From positions 1 to 64,000 of the forward strand of contig CAWVRN010000001.1 in assembly GCA_963932905.1 (NCBI GenBank): DNA of 64,000 nt. Reading direction: 5' to 3'. This document shows positions 19,382 through 29,957 of this stretch, piece by piece (the first letter of the stretch is position 1; the number at the start of each line of letters is the position of its first letter). The notes below the pieces were generated by a model. That model saw nothing but the letters and a program-made list of their open reading frames with translations. It searched no databases and was not told the origin of the DNA. Both the position numbers and the translations under genes were made by a program. The stretch is from an uncultured Bdellovibrio sp. Lineage in GTDB: Bacteria > Bdellovibrionota > Bdellovibrionia > Bdellovibrionales > Bdellovibrionaceae.

Positions 19382-20389
19382 ATGAAATGGTTTTTATCTT
19401 TAATACTTATGGTTAACATAAGCCTGGCGCAAAATAACAATCTAGGGGAAGCAATTACGAGCTTGTTAAAAAAGACAGGCTTTATCGATTTTATGTCTGA
19501 CAAAGGCGAGTGCCCAGAAACATTTGAGCACCTACCAGAACAAGATGCTCAGGCACTTATTAGCCGAGCATTTGAATTACGTTCTAAAAGTAAATACTGT
19601 GAATCTGCTCGTTATTTCTATGAACTTCGTCGTCAATGGCCAGTTAAAGAATATTATAAAATGGCCTGGAGAGAGTTAGTTAATTCCTATGTTTTAGCCG
19701 ATGATTTGATCGCGGCGATTAACGAAGGAAATGACTTTATGGCGTTCTTTGTTGGAACACCAGATGTTGAAGAGGTTCATTTAATTCTGCTAAACGCTGT
19801 CTATATTAAAATGATGGCTGCTGGTTCTGAAAAATCGCAAGAATGGACAGAATATGCTCTTGGCATCTCTAAAGAACAAAACAGCGATAATCCTTATTTA
19901 AAAAACCTAAGCTTTAAAGATTATTTAGATAAATATCCAAATACGAAAAACAGGCAACTGATCGAAGGCATGATGAGATATGCGCGTAACAATCACGCCG
20001 AATATCATCTTAAAATTGGTAACTATTATGCTTCTCGCATGATGCCTGACGCTTCTTTCCCCAACTACCCTGCGGCCATTGGCCGCTATGCAACGGTTCT
20101 AAGGTGGGGTCCGATTGTTTCATCTTACAATCAAACGCTGTTTTCGACTGTAGATGCGCTTTACAAAATGTCGGCGATTATCGAATCTAATACTATCAGT
20201 GAAGACAAATTAAAAGAATGGCTGCAAATTGATCCAAATGGCGATAAGAAAGCGGTCGATCGCAAATCGATTGTAGAGCAAATTAGAGCTCAGATTGCAG
20301 AGCTACAAAAGAAAATGAATTCTGAAACGATAACACAGGATATTTGGATTCAAAAAACTAGATCGTTGATCGAAGAAAAACAGAAATAG
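19382..20389 (+). CDS. BamD-like TPR protein
   Basis: TPR pattern, DYLDKYPNT, EYHLKIGNYY, YPAAIGRY; signal peptide without a clear lipobox. Confidence 0.6.
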   Translation: MKWFLSLILMVNISLAQNNNLGEAITSLLKKTGFIDFMSDKGECPETFEHLPEQDAQALISRAFELRSKSKYCESARYFYELRRQWPVKEYYKMAWRELVNSYVLADDLIAAINEGNDFMAFFVGTPDVEEVHLILLNAVYIKMMAAGSEKSQEWTEYALGISKEQNSDNPYLKNLSFKDYLDKYPNTKNRQLIEGMMRYARNNHAEYHLKIGNYYASRMMPDASFPNYPAAIGRYATVLRWGPIVSSYNQTLFSTVDALYKMSAIIESNTISEDKLKEWLQIDPNGDKKAVDRKSIVEQIRAQIAELQKKMNSETITQDIWIQKTRSLIEEKQK

Positions 20390-20436
20390 GTTGACCCCGA
20401 TCAAGCACCCCATAAAATGGCGTATGGGGTGTTACT

Positions 20437-21138
20437 ATGGATAAAGTTGCAGTTAATACGAGTCCTATTGAGGCTATCTTTCAAGCCTCTATTGTTGTTC
20501 AAATTACCTTACTGATTTTAATTGGTCTAAGCGTGGTTTGCTGGGGTATTGCTTATAATAAATGGCAATTACTAAAAAAAATCAAAACAACGAATGAAGT
20601 TTTCCTTTCTTATTTTTGGAAATCAAGCTCACTTGAAAATCTATACGATGATTTAGACAAATTTCGTGACAGCACATTAGCGCACGTCTTTAAATCGGCG
20701 TACGTCGAGATGAAAAAATTAGCAGACAGTCGTCCTGGCGGTGGCAACACGGAAGGTGCAAAGCCGGCACTTAACAACATGGATAATTTAGAACGTGTTA
20801 TTCGTAAATCTATTGAAAATGAATTAGCCAATATGGAATCTAAACTAACGGTATTAGCAACGACAGGCAGCACTGGTCCATTCGTTGGTTTATTTGGTAC
20901 GGTTTGGGGTATTATGAGTTCGTTCCATAAAATTGGAACAACTGGGAATGCCAGTCTTGCTGTTGTGGCACCAGGTATCTCGGAAGCATTGGTTGCAACG
21001 GCTATCGGTTTAGCGGCCGCTATCCCTGCGGTTGTTTTGTACAATCATTTTGTTTCGACAATTAGAAAAGAAGAAATTGAGCTAAACAATTTCTCTGCGG
21101 ATTTCTTGAATATCGTAAAACGAAACTTCTTTAACTAA
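20437..21138 (+). CDS. tolQ: TolQ (MotA/TolQ/ExbB family)
   Basis: PFVGLFGTVWGIM, VAPGISEALVATAIGL. Confidence 0.92.
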   Translation: MDKVAVNTSPIEAIFQASIVVQITLLILIGLSVVCWGIAYNKWQLLKKIKTTNEVFLSYFWKSSSLENLYDDLDKFRDSTLAHVFKSAYVEMKKLADSRPGGGNTEGAKPALNNMDNLERVIRKSIENELANMESKLTVLATTGSTGPFVGLFGTVWGIMSSFHKIGTTGNASLAVVAPGISEALVATAIGLAAAIPAVVLYNHFVSTIRKEEIELNNFSADFLNIVKRNFFN

Positions 21139-21150
21139 AACGAGAAAACT

Positions 21151-21564
21151 ATGGGAATGTCATCAGGTACAAAATCCAAAGCTGTATTGAGTGAAATCAA
21201 CGTTACACCCTTAGTGGATGTTATGTTGGTGTTGCTGATCATGTTCATGGTTACCACCCCTTTGATGCAGCAAGGAGTTCAAGTTGATTTACCCAAGACT
21301 TCCGCAACGGGAATGGAACTTAGCGAAGATCCAATGCTATTGCAGATAGAAAATAATCAACGTATCACCATCGCCAAAAATCCAATCACGTTGGATCAAT
21401 TAAGACCTAAATTAATCGCCATATTTAAAACTCGCAAAAACAAGCAATTATTTATTCAAGCTGATCGCCGAGTTGATTACGGTATCGTGGCTGAAGCAAT
21501 GGCCGAAGCAAAAGCAGCAGGTATTAGTCAACTAGGGTTAGTGACTATGCCAAAGGATCAATAA
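21151..21564 (+). CDS. tolR: TolR/ExbD
   Basis: EINVTPLVDVMLVLLIMFMVT; operon context. Confidence 0.9.
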   Translation: MGMSSGTKSKAVLSEINVTPLVDVMLVLLIMFMVTTPLMQQGVQVDLPKTSATGMELSEDPMLLQIENNQRITIAKNPITLDQLRPKLIAIFKTRKNKQLFIQADRRVDYGIVAEAMAEAKAAGISQLGLVTMPKDQ

Positions 21565-21571
21565 TTCTATC

Positions 21572-22384
21572 ATGACAAGATCGGCAGAAGGACAAAACAA
21601 AGGAATCATGTTTTCACTTATCGTGCATGCCACGTTTTTGGCGTTTATGATTTTGAAAAATGTTTTCTTTGACTCTGACGTTCCTGATTATCAAGCCGCT
21701 ATTCGTGTCGATATGGTCGCACTTCCAGATAAAAACCCAACTATGCCATCGCAAAAATCGGAAGACACAAAACCAACACCAGTCGAAGAAGCGCCACCAG
21801 CTGAACCAGAGTCGGCTCCCAAACAAGCCGAAATTCTTCCTGAAAAGAAGCCACAAGTCGATGAAACAGCAATTAAACTGTCTGCCGATAAAAAACACGA
21901 CGAAAAACAAAAGCTGTTGGAAGAGAAAAAACGTAAAGAAGCTTTGGACCGAATCAAAAAATTAAATGCGCTTGATTCTATAAAATCTTCAGTCGAAACG
22001 GAACGCATTGAAAAACTGGTTGGCCAGTCAGAATCAAAGGCCAAGCCAGTGTATAAAGGCAATGTTTTGAATCCCGGTACAGAATTAAACGGGATTAATA
22101 AAATTCAGCATGAAAATTATGTGGCCTTAATTGATCGTCAGATAAAAGAGAATTGGACATTACCTCAATGGTTAGCAAACAAAGATTTTAAGGCCCAGGC
22201 TTTGTTGAAAATAGATCAGAATGGAAATATAATTTATAATCAAATATATAAATCAAGTGGTAATGCGAGCTACGATGATGTCGTTAAAGAAACGATTCAA
22301 AAATCGGGTCCATTTCCGAAACCACCCGAAAAATTTTCAGCGATATTATCTGAAAAGGGTGTCTTGATTGGCTTTCCTGAATAG
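21572..22384 (+). CDS. tolA: TolA/TonB-family energy transducer
   Basis: TM helix SLIVH, Pro/Lys/Glu linker, TonB_C-like SSGN..YD; lies between tolR and tolB. Confidence 0.8.
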   Translation: MTRSAEGQNKGIMFSLIVHATFLAFMILKNVFFDSDVPDYQAAIRVDMVALPDKNPTMPSQKSEDTKPTPVEEAPPAEPESAPKQAEILPEKKPQVDETAIKLSADKKHDEKQKLLEEKKRKEALDRIKKLNALDSIKSSVETERIEKLVGQSESKAKPVYKGNVLNPGTELNGINKIQHENYVALIDRQIKENWTLPQWLANKDFKAQALLKIDQNGNIIYNQIYKSSGNASYDDVVKETIQKSGPFPKPPEKFSAILSEKGVLIGFPE

Positions 22385-22411
22385 GGATTTACTGTTTGTA
22401 GAGGAGTTAAT

Positions 22412-23788
22412 ATGAAGACGGTTCTTATTACATTTTTGGTTTTTCTTGCTACTGCCGTATTCGCTGAAGAACAGCTGTATATTAAAATTGGAGACGCTAA
22501 AACCAAAAAAAGTTTACTTGGATTTCCTCAGTTGAACTATGCCGGTTCGCCAGCTCTTGCTTCAAAAAACTTCGCTCTGGGTGCGGAACTTTACAATGTG
22601 ATTCAAAATGACCTGGATGTTTCCGGTTACTTTCAATTTATTGCTAGTTCAGCATTTCTTGAAGACGGTAAAAAAACTGGCCTAAAACCCGCTCCGGGCG
22701 AGCCGAACGGATTTAAATTTGATAATTGGAAACCATTATCGGCTGACTTTTTAATCAAAGGCGAATTTGTTGTCGACAAAGAAGATCAGGTCGAACTTGA
22801 AATTTATTTGTATCATGTCCCCAAAGCAGGCCTTGTATTTGGAAAGAAATATCGAGGACCCAAAGCTACGTTACGAAAAATCGCCCACACATTTGCTAAT
22901 GACGTTTTGAAAAATTTAACGGATAAAAGTGGCCCATTTAACTCAAAATTCGTTTTTTCAAGCGATCGTGGCGGTGGTAAATTTCGTGAAATCTATACAA
23001 TGGATTGGGACGGAGTCGAAATCGAGAAAATAACAAACCACAACAGTATTGCACTTTCTCCTGCTTGGTCACCAGATGCTAGGAAAATAGCCTACACGGC
23101 ATACGTACAAAAAAAATCGACAAAACTACGTAATGCCGATTTGTTTTTGTTTGATCTGGAAAAAAGTAAGCGCACTAACTTATCGTACCGCACAGGTATT
23201 AACTCAGGCGCGGCATTTAGTGCGAATGGAAATTCAATTTTCCTCACGATCTCCCAGGGTGTAACGCCAAATATTTTCAAAATTAATTTAAACGGTGAAA
23301 TTCAAGGTAAAATTACAAATGGCCCAGGCAATACATTAAACGTTGAACCTGCGGTTAGCCCCGATGGTAAAAGACTCGCATTCTCGTCTGACCGTAGCGG
23401 TAAACCAATGATCTATGTTATGGATGTCGATGGATCGAATGTGACTCGTGTTACTTTTGGAGGCGTATTTAACTCGGCTCCAGCGTGGTCACCAGATGGT
23501 AAAAAAATCGCATTTGCGGGACAAGACTCTGGTAACTTTGATATCTTCCTGATGGATTCTAATGGTCAGAACATCACACGTGTAACGTCGGCGAAAAAAG
23601 CCAACGGCAAGGCTGCTGACAACGAAGATCCGCACTTTTCACCGGATGGTCGATTTATTGTCTATACCAGCAACCGCACCGGCAAAAATCAAATTTACTT
23701 CTCTACAGTTGACGGTTCTGAAGAAAGACGCGTCACCCAAGACAGCCATAACTATTATAAGCCTAAATGGTCGACATTTTTGGATTAG
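22412..23788 (+). CDS. tolB: TolB beta-propeller protein
   Basis: TolB_N plus PD40 repeats (PAWSPDG). Confidence 0.93.
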   Translation: MKTVLITFLVFLATAVFAEEQLYIKIGDAKTKKSLLGFPQLNYAGSPALASKNFALGAELYNVIQNDLDVSGYFQFIASSAFLEDGKKTGLKPAPGEPNGFKFDNWKPLSADFLIKGEFVVDKEDQVELEIYLYHVPKAGLVFGKKYRGPKATLRKIAHTFANDVLKNLTDKSGPFNSKFVFSSDRGGGKFREIYTMDWDGVEIEKITNHNSIALSPAWSPDARKIAYTAYVQKKSTKLRNADLFLFDLEKSKRTNLSYRTGINSGAAFSANGNSIFLTISQGVTPNIFKINLNGEIQGKITNGPGNTLNVEPAVSPDGKRLAFSSDRSGKPMIYVMDVDGSNVTRVTFGGVFNSAPAWSPDGKKIAFAGQDSGNFDIFLMDSNGQNITRVTSAKKANGKAADNEDPHFSPDGRFIVYTSNRTGKNQIYFSTVDGSEERRVTQDSHNYYKPKWSTFLD

Positions 23789-24015
23789 GTTGGATTAAAA
23801 CGGTGCGCAGCACGCTGCGCATCTTGACCCCTTAATCGGACCTCGCTAACACAAACCCTATGCACAATCGTAAAGTAAAAGTAATACGCTATAGTTCTTT
23901 AAAGAAAGTTATCTGGATCTACATTTTAGCATTTTTTATAGTGGCCTTTAATACTCATCAGCGCTCACACGATGGTTCTACAAAAAGCAAAACCTATCAA
24001 CAAAGGATTAAATAA

Positions 24016-24522
24016 ATGGAAGCTCACTTTGAAACAAACCTGGGTAATTTTAAAATCAAATTATTTGAAGATAAAACTCCGATGCTAGTTAAACACTTTA
24101 CAGGTTTGGTTGAGGGTACGAAAGAATGGAAAGACCCTAAAACCGGATCAAATGTTAGTCGCCCATTCTATGATGGTTTGATTTTCCATCGCGTAATTCC
24201 TGATTTTATGGTTCAGTTTGGTTGCCCACTTGGCAACGGAACCGGTGGACCTGGCTACAATGTTAATGACGAATACCATCCCGATTTGAAACACGATCGT
24301 AAAGGTCTTCTATCGACAGCAAATATTGGACGCCCTAACACTAATGGTTCTCAGTTTTTTATCACGGTAGCGCCTACACCTTGGTTAAATGGCGGCCATT
24401 CAATCATCGGTGAAGTGACTGAAGGTTACGATGTGATTGAGAAAATCTCTAAAACTCCAAGAAACCCACAGGATCGCCCACTTGAAAATGTGGTGATCAA
24501 ATCTGCCAAAATTGTGAAATAG
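24016..24522 (+). CDS. Cyclophilin-type peptidyl-prolyl isomerase
   Basis: FYDGLIFHRVIPDFMVQFG, TNGSQFFIT. Confidence 0.95.
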   Translation: MEAHFETNLGNFKIKLFEDKTPMLVKHFTGLVEGTKEWKDPKTGSNVSRPFYDGLIFHRVIPDFMVQFGCPLGNGTGGPGYNVNDEYHPDLKHDRKGLLSTANIGRPNTNGSQFFITVAPTPWLNGGHSIIGEVTEGYDVIEKISKTPRNPQDRPLENVVIKSAKIVK

Positions 24523-24541
24523 GTTTAGCTTTGCTATTACA

Positions 24542-24578
24542 AAATAAAAAGGCCGGTTTTCACCCGGCCTTTTTATTT
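24542..24578. terminator. Bidirectional terminator
   Basis: aaataaaaaggccgg...ccggcctttttattt between convergent genes. Confidence 0.8.
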
Positions 24579-24602
24579 AGATCTATAAGAAGCAACTCTA
24601 AA

Positions 24603-25274
24603 TTAAGAGTTACATTTACTTTTCCATTCGTCACGTTTGGTTTCCACTGCTTTTCTTTGTTCAGCAGTTAAGTCTTTAAGAGACGTGATAACATCTGATT
24701 TACCTTCGCCTTTAACGCCAGCCAATTCAGATTTCATTACGTTAGCAATACCTACTAGTTCGATCGTGTTAGCATCGATTGATGTTTCACCTTTAACGTA
24801 TTTTTTGTAAGTTAAAAGGTTAGTTGCTGCTAACTGAGCTTCGTAGGTAGAAGCAACTTCAGACATAGAGATATCTGAGTTCTTAAGAAGACGTTTAACT
24901 ACGTCTTGAACATCAGCATCTTTCATATCTGATAAGCGCTCTAGAAGACCTTTCATGTGTTTTCCTGAATTTCTTGTTGCTTGATCAGGGCTCTCAAGAA
25001 GAGTTCTTAAGTTAGCACCAAATTTAACTTTTTCAACGATGTCTTCTTTGAAAAGTTCATTTAGACCAGCTTCTAGTTTTTCAGGTTTTGATTTTCCTTC
25101 AGATACAGTGGTCAATAAATCTTTGATGATTTTCTCGTTAGCTTCTTTACCTTTAAGCTTAGAGATTGATTCGATTTTTGTTTTTGTTTCTGTAGAATGT
25201 TCTCTAGCTTTTTGCGCAAATGCTGAGAAAGAGAATACTACTACTGCTACTAGGGATACGAATTTTGTTGTCAT
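24603..25274 (-). CDS. Secreted helical hypothetical protein
   Basis: Signal peptide AFA-Q, AAGGAG RBS. Confidence 0.8.
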   Translation of the reverse strand: MTTKFVSLVAVVVFSFSAFAQKAREHSTETKTKIESISKLKGKEANEKIIKDLLTTVSEGKSKPEKLEAGLNELFKEDIVEKVKFGANLRTLLESPDQATRNSGKHMKGLLERLSDMKDADVQDVVKRLLKNSDISMSEVASTYEAQLAATNLLTYKKYVKGETSIDANTIELVGIANVMKSELAGVKGEGKSDVITSLKDLTAEQRKAVETKRDEWKSKCNS

Positions 25275-25393
25275 TAATGTCTCCTTATTTTTAAAACATT
25301 TATATTTAAGTTTAAATCTTCAGTTACTTACTATTCATTTAAGATGCCAGTTTAACGCTAATTAATTGAAAACCATTCCGACTTTAAACTTTG

Positions 25394-25417
25394 CCTGTAC
25401 AAAGTTTAGTCATTAGA
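25394..25417. repeat. 24-bp repeat, copy 1 (copy 2 at 29816-29839)
   Basis: cctgtacaaagtttagtcattaga vs cctgtaaaaagtttagtcattaga, 23/24 identical. Confidence 0.8.
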
Positions 25418-25429
25418 GCCGTCAATTGC

Positions 25430-28400
25430 CTAACAGCCTCCCCCGCCAGTAATCCCAGCAGCGCCTTTCGTTTTGATACACTCTTTACGTTGGTTTTCAC
25501 GTTGAGCTTTCTCCGCTAGACGTTTTTGCTCTTCGCTGTCGCCTTTAAGCGAGTATTGACGAGCGGCATTTCCAGCGAATTGGATAGTCGATAGAGTAGC
25601 TACTAATTCCCTAGCAATTTGATTCATCTGGTTCTTAGTGAATTCAATGATTCGTAGAGGCTTTGCTCTTTCGCCATTAGCACCTTGAGCTTTTACGTAT
25701 TTGGTCAATGTATCAATTTCTTGAGACATAACCTTTAGCTGTTCTTCGATCTGCTTCTCTAAAGCATCAACTTGTTTTTCGTCCATTTTCAAGTCTACAA
25801 CCGCACGGTCTTTCCCGTTTATATCTGGCTTATTAATCACCTCAGCATTTTTAAGTGCTGTATAGGCAAGTCTTAAGATCTCTTCATTCTGTAATTGGAA
25901 TTTGAACAGCTTCGGAGCCGTACCGTTTTTGATTGCATTCAAATCCTGGTTAAATGGTTGTGCCTGAATTGTAATAATATCTTCAGCTGAGCCCATTTTC
26001 TTGTAGCTCTTATAGCTATCTAGCGCCGAATTCGTAGCGTACACTTTAGCCGCGTCAGATTCTGGAATATATTTTCTTAAAACTTCGGCCAGAACCAGCG
26101 AGTACACTCGCGATTCTTGCATTGATGAAGCCACCACTGAGTTTCTTACTACCGAGGAATTTAAAGGAACACCTAACAAAGTTCCTACGTCTTTAAATTG
26201 GGCCTCTAAGAATTTAACGGCGATAGATTCATATTGGTTTTTAAAAGTTTCTAATTGTTTAGAAACTTGGTTTTCCACATATTTTTCCCACCATACGCTC
26301 ATATTGAACATTGGTTGGTTCAACACTGCGGAAGGATTTTTCTTATCTGCATCATCTAAGTCAAACTTTGTTGAATTGATAATGCTCTTCATACTGTCAG
26401 TAAGGTTTTTATCAATTACGCTGAATGCGCCTGGATATTTGATGTTTTCAGATTCATCTAATATCCACTGACCGTACATTTCACCCGATGATTGAAACGT
26501 CATACGGTCAGTACAAATATCCAATTGCAATTTATCACTAACGATACGAGGCGGAACGAACAAGTCTCTGAAGCCTAGTAATCCATATCCGTACATATTT
26601 CCCAAAGTATTGTCATGAACGGCTTGTCCTTTTTCTGGATTAGGTCCACATAACATTTGGTAAAACAAGAAATCGGTTTTCTTTTCAAATTTGAACTGAG
26701 TGCTTAAACGAACATTTCTGTAAAATTCAGGCAACTCGACACGCTTAACTAGCTCTTTATTTGATTCGTGTGATTCAAACGCGTAAGGAAATCCTTGTCC
26801 ATAATATAATAATGGAGCCGGGTAACCCATTTTATTTAAATGGTCGCGCAAGATCGCCTGAACAATCTCGTTAACTTGGCCTTTTGAAGCGACGGTCATA
26901 GATCTCATCAAATTAATTGCTGTACCGACTTTCAACAAATCTTCTGATTTTAAACCAGCGATAATTTCTTTCAATTTGTCGGTAGATCCTTTTAAATCGC
27001 TTGAATCCCAACCTTTGCTAGCTAAGTAGGTTTCTAATTGTACAGCCACCTTTTGAACTGTTATTTGCTGTGCTTTTTGTAGGTCACTTGGATTTTGAAG
27101 GTAATTATTCTTCCAAGCCTTTTCGTTAGCTAATTTTATAGATGGGTCTGGTTCAACTCCATACAAAGGATATTGTCTGTAGTTTAGATATAGAAGATCT
27201 AACTTTGTAAACAAAGCATCCTCTTCAAAACCATCCAAAATCTCGGCGTCAGTTTGACTTTTATCTTTGATTTTACCACACTCGTCTTGGTGAGTACGAC
27301 ATAGGTTTGCATTTTTTAAATCCAGCATGAAGCGTTCATAGAATGATTTCGAGAACCGTTCCATATCTTGGAATTTATTGATTTTATCAATCCATTGAGT
27401 ATGAGCTTGTTTTGCCTTTGTTTGATTGAACTCTCTCCATTTTAGCATGGCCTGATTGAAGTCGTACAACCATCCTTCGATGTCGTTACGACGGCAGTCT
27501 GCACTTTGAAGATCTTTTTCGCACGCTACAGAATCTTTTTGGAATTTTTCAGCCGCTTCTTTTGTTAGTAAGGTATTTAATAGTTCAGCTTTGCGCGGGA
27601 ATGCATCGATATTTGGCCACAAGTAGTAGCGGCCCATGCTGAAGTTTAAAACTTTATCTTCAACCCAGCTATGCATAATAGTATCCAAGGCTGTGAAAAG
27701 AGTGATACTTGAAAGATGGGCAATGAACTTCATTGTTTTTGTCCATACACCACCGAACATACTTGAAATAACACCTGTTCCAATTTCTGCACCTTCTAAA
27801 CGAAGTTTTCCAAGAACGGCTTGTTTGCTTTTAGCTAAAGCTTCACCAATTGAGTTATAAGGACCTGATGTTTTAACTTTGCCGGCTAACGATGTGATCG
27901 CACCAGAACCCATTGTCGAAAGCACCATCGATACTAGCGCCGGAGCGTAGGTATTGAATTTCTTTTCCATTACCCATTCACGCCAAGCCACATCACAGGC
28001 ATCTTCACTTAGGCCATTTAGACGATCTTTAACTTTACCTTGCCCTGCTGCCTCGCCCGCCTCTGGCTGACCTTGCTGTTGTTGCATCGATTTTGGGTCT
28101 TTATATAAAGACGTGGCACATGATTGTAGAGTTCTTAAGAAATCACCTGAAATATGTGATGCCATAGAGCCCGCGGTCATACCTAAATAAGGAATGATTT
28201 TCATGTAAGCTTTTTTAGCTACTGAATTTGAATACGGATTCAAGCTACCTTTGCGGTCGGCTAATTTTGTAGCTTCATCGGCGATTTCGTTTAGTAATTT
28301 TTCACGAACAACAGGATCTGTTGTTCGCATCGCTGCCGCCATAGCTACACGGCTAGTTTCATTTTTAGCTAATGCTTTCATCATTTCGTCAGTGACCGCT

Positions 28401-29689
28401 TTATTAGACATAGCGCCCGAAGTTAAAAACTCGGTCGCATAACCATTTACGATCATGAATGAATAAAACGACAAATGACCAATCGGATCCGTTAATGTTT
28501 GAAGATGCTGATCCATAATCAATGGGTTTTGCGCAAAATCATTCATTAACATTCCACCATTAATTAAACCGATAGAAATAAAGAACATCACTGTTTCCAT
28601 CGGAAATCGGCGAGTCTGCGCGCCCCAAGTTGTTTTTTGCCACTCCGGTACTGGAGCCATTTTCTTTGCTCGGCGGATTTCATCGAGACGATCTCTGACC
28701 ATGTTCTTGACCATGTCGCGTCTGTCCTGAGCTAACAATTTTCTAAGTTCAGATGGCTTAAAGTGGTCCGCCAGAATTTTTCTTTCTGCCGCCGACGATT
28801 CTTCAATTTTTACGCTTTCTGCTTTAGCTACGGTTTCTTGTTTGCCATCATTATCTGAATCCACTTGCGAGAAGCTCATGTCGACATCAATACCCGAACC
28901 TAATTTTCCTTCCGGTGACAATGTGGACCTAAATTGCAGCGATTCATTGACCGCTTGAGTTTGAGATAACGATTGGCTTGGTGTTGCTTTTAAAGATTCT
29001 TGAGCACCGTAACTGACACTTGCGTATGTTCCTTGACTGACACCAGAATTCATTGTGAATGAATAACCTTTAGTATTCCTTGCTAACGGATTACCTTTAA
29101 TATCTGCTTTATACCCTTGCTCACCAAGCTTAATGGCAACGCCGTTGTATGAGTATTTTGCCGACTTCGCTGCCTCTGCAAATACTTTAGCTCCATCAAC
29201 TTTCTTTTCCTTCGGTTTTGGTGTTGGAGTTTCGTCACTAACCGGAGTCGATTCGTTACCTGTCAATTGAACTAACTTGTTATTTTTTTCTAAAATTCCA
29301 AAGACGATATTCGGGTGATAGTTTTTAGTTGTCTGAGCTAATAATTTCTCGCCCATAGAAGCTGACTTTAGATCAGCTTCTGTTAATTGCGGAATACCCA
29401 TCTTCTTAACTTCTTCAATTGCGGCTGCCAAGTCCGAGTCGGCGAATTCAAGGGCTGGTTTATCGTTAACAATAAGGCGAGTAAATCTAGCATTATCACG
29501 AGCAAAACTAGTGATTTGTATTTTAGATGGTTTTTGTGACGAAGATTCTGGCGCCGTAGCTTCTTGCGGCTTTTCAGTTCTAAACTTACTTTTGAACCAG
29601 TCTAACATTCCGGCATTAGCAGGTGCTACATACAACGAATTCACCAGAAAGATCTGAGCTGTTAGTAATAGTATGTGTTTCTTCATCAT
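25430..29689 (-). CDS. Very large secreted or membrane-inserting hypothetical protein (~1419 aa)
   Basis: Signal peptide (ANA-G), several internal hydrophobic Gly/Ala-rich helices, paired Cys; GAGGG RBS before MMKKH. Confidence 0.85.
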   Translation of the reverse strand: MMKKHILLLTAQIFLVNSLYVAPANAGMLDWFKSKFRTEKPQEATAPESSSQKPSKIQITSFARDNARFTRLIVNDKPALEFADSDLAAAIEEVKKMGIPQLTEADLKSASMGEKLLAQTTKNYHPNIVFGILEKNNKLVQLTGNESTPVSDETPTPKPKEKKVDGAKVFAEAAKSAKYSYNGVAIKLGEQGYKADIKGNPLARNTKGYSFTMNSGVSQGTYASVSYGAQESLKATPSQSLSQTQAVNESLQFRSTLSPEGKLGSGIDVDMSFSQVDSDNDGKQETVAKAESVKIEESSAAERKILADHFKPSELRKLLAQDRRDMVKNMVRDRLDEIRRAKKMAPVPEWQKTTWGAQTRRFPMETVMFFISIGLINGGMLMNDFAQNPLIMDQHLQTLTDPIGHLSFYSFMIVNGYATEFLTSGAMSNKAVTDEMMKALAKNETSRVAMAAAMRTTDPVVREKLLNEIADEATKLADRKGSLNPYSNSVAKKAYMKIIPYLGMTAGSMASHISGDFLRTLQSCATSLYKDPKSMQQQQGQPEAGEAAGQGKVKDRLNGLSEDACDVAWREWVMEKKFNTYAPALVSMVLSTMGSGAITSLAGKVKTSGPYNSIGEALAKSKQAVLGKLRLEGAEIGTGVISSMFGGVWTKTMKFIAHLSSITLFTALDTIMHSWVEDKVLNFSMGRYYLWPNIDAFPRKAELLNTLLTKEAAEKFQKDSVACEKDLQSADCRRNDIEGWLYDFNQAMLKWREFNQTKAKQAHTQWIDKINKFQDMERFSKSFYERFMLDLKNANLCRTHQDECGKIKDKSQTDAEILDGFEEDALFTKLDLLYLNYRQYPLYGVEPDPSIKLANEKAWKNNYLQNPSDLQKAQQITVQKVAVQLETYLASKGWDSSDLKGSTDKLKEIIAGLKSEDLLKVGTAINLMRSMTVASKGQVNEIVQAILRDHLNKMGYPAPLLYYGQGFPYAFESHESNKELVKRVELPEFYRNVRLSTQFKFEKKTDFLFYQMLCGPNPEKGQAVHDNTLGNMYGYGLLGFRDLFVPPRIVSDKLQLDICTDRMTFQSSGEMYGQWILDESENIKYPGAFSVIDKNLTDSMKSIINSTKFDLDDADKKNPSAVLNQPMFNMSVWWEKYVENQVSKQLETFKNQYESIAVKFLEAQFKDVGTLLGVPLNSSVVRNSVVASSMQESRVYSLVLAEVLRKYIPESDAAKVYATNSALDSYKSYKKMGSAEDIITIQAQPFNQDLNAIKNGTAPKLFKFQLQNEEILRLAYTALKNAEVINKPDINGKDRAVVDLKMDEKQVDALEKQIEEQLKVMSQEIDTLTKYVKAQGANGERAKPLRIIEFTKNQMNQIARELVATLSTIQFAGNAARQYSLKGDSEEQKRLAEKAQRENQRKECIKTKGAAGITGGGGC

Positions 29690-29731
29690 AAAATATCCCT
29701 CGAGAGAAACTTTCCTCTCAGTAGACTTCAT

Positions 29732-29748
29732 AGCAAACACCAATCCAG
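29732..29748 (-). promoter_or_regulatory. Sigma54 (-24/-12) promoter
   Basis: CTGGATTGGTGTTTGCT, GG-N10-GC, about 45 bp upstream of the start. Confidence 0.55.
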
Positions 29749-29815
29749 TTTTTATCTTGGGATTTCATACACTTAAACATCTCATTGTGAGACGAACGCA
29801 AAATCGGTCCCCATC

Positions 29816-29839
29816 CCTGTAAAAAGTTTAGTCATTAGA
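29816..29839. repeat. 24-bp repeat, copy 2
   Basis: Matches 25394-25417 at 23/24 positions. Confidence 0.8.
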
Positions 29840-29957
29840 CTGTCTCAGATTGAGATTTCACTTCGGGACTTATCTTTACGACCTTCGTCGTGTTGAACTG
29901 TAAGGGATATATGAAACAATAAGGAATCACGTTTCGATTTCTAAAGGACGGAATTCT

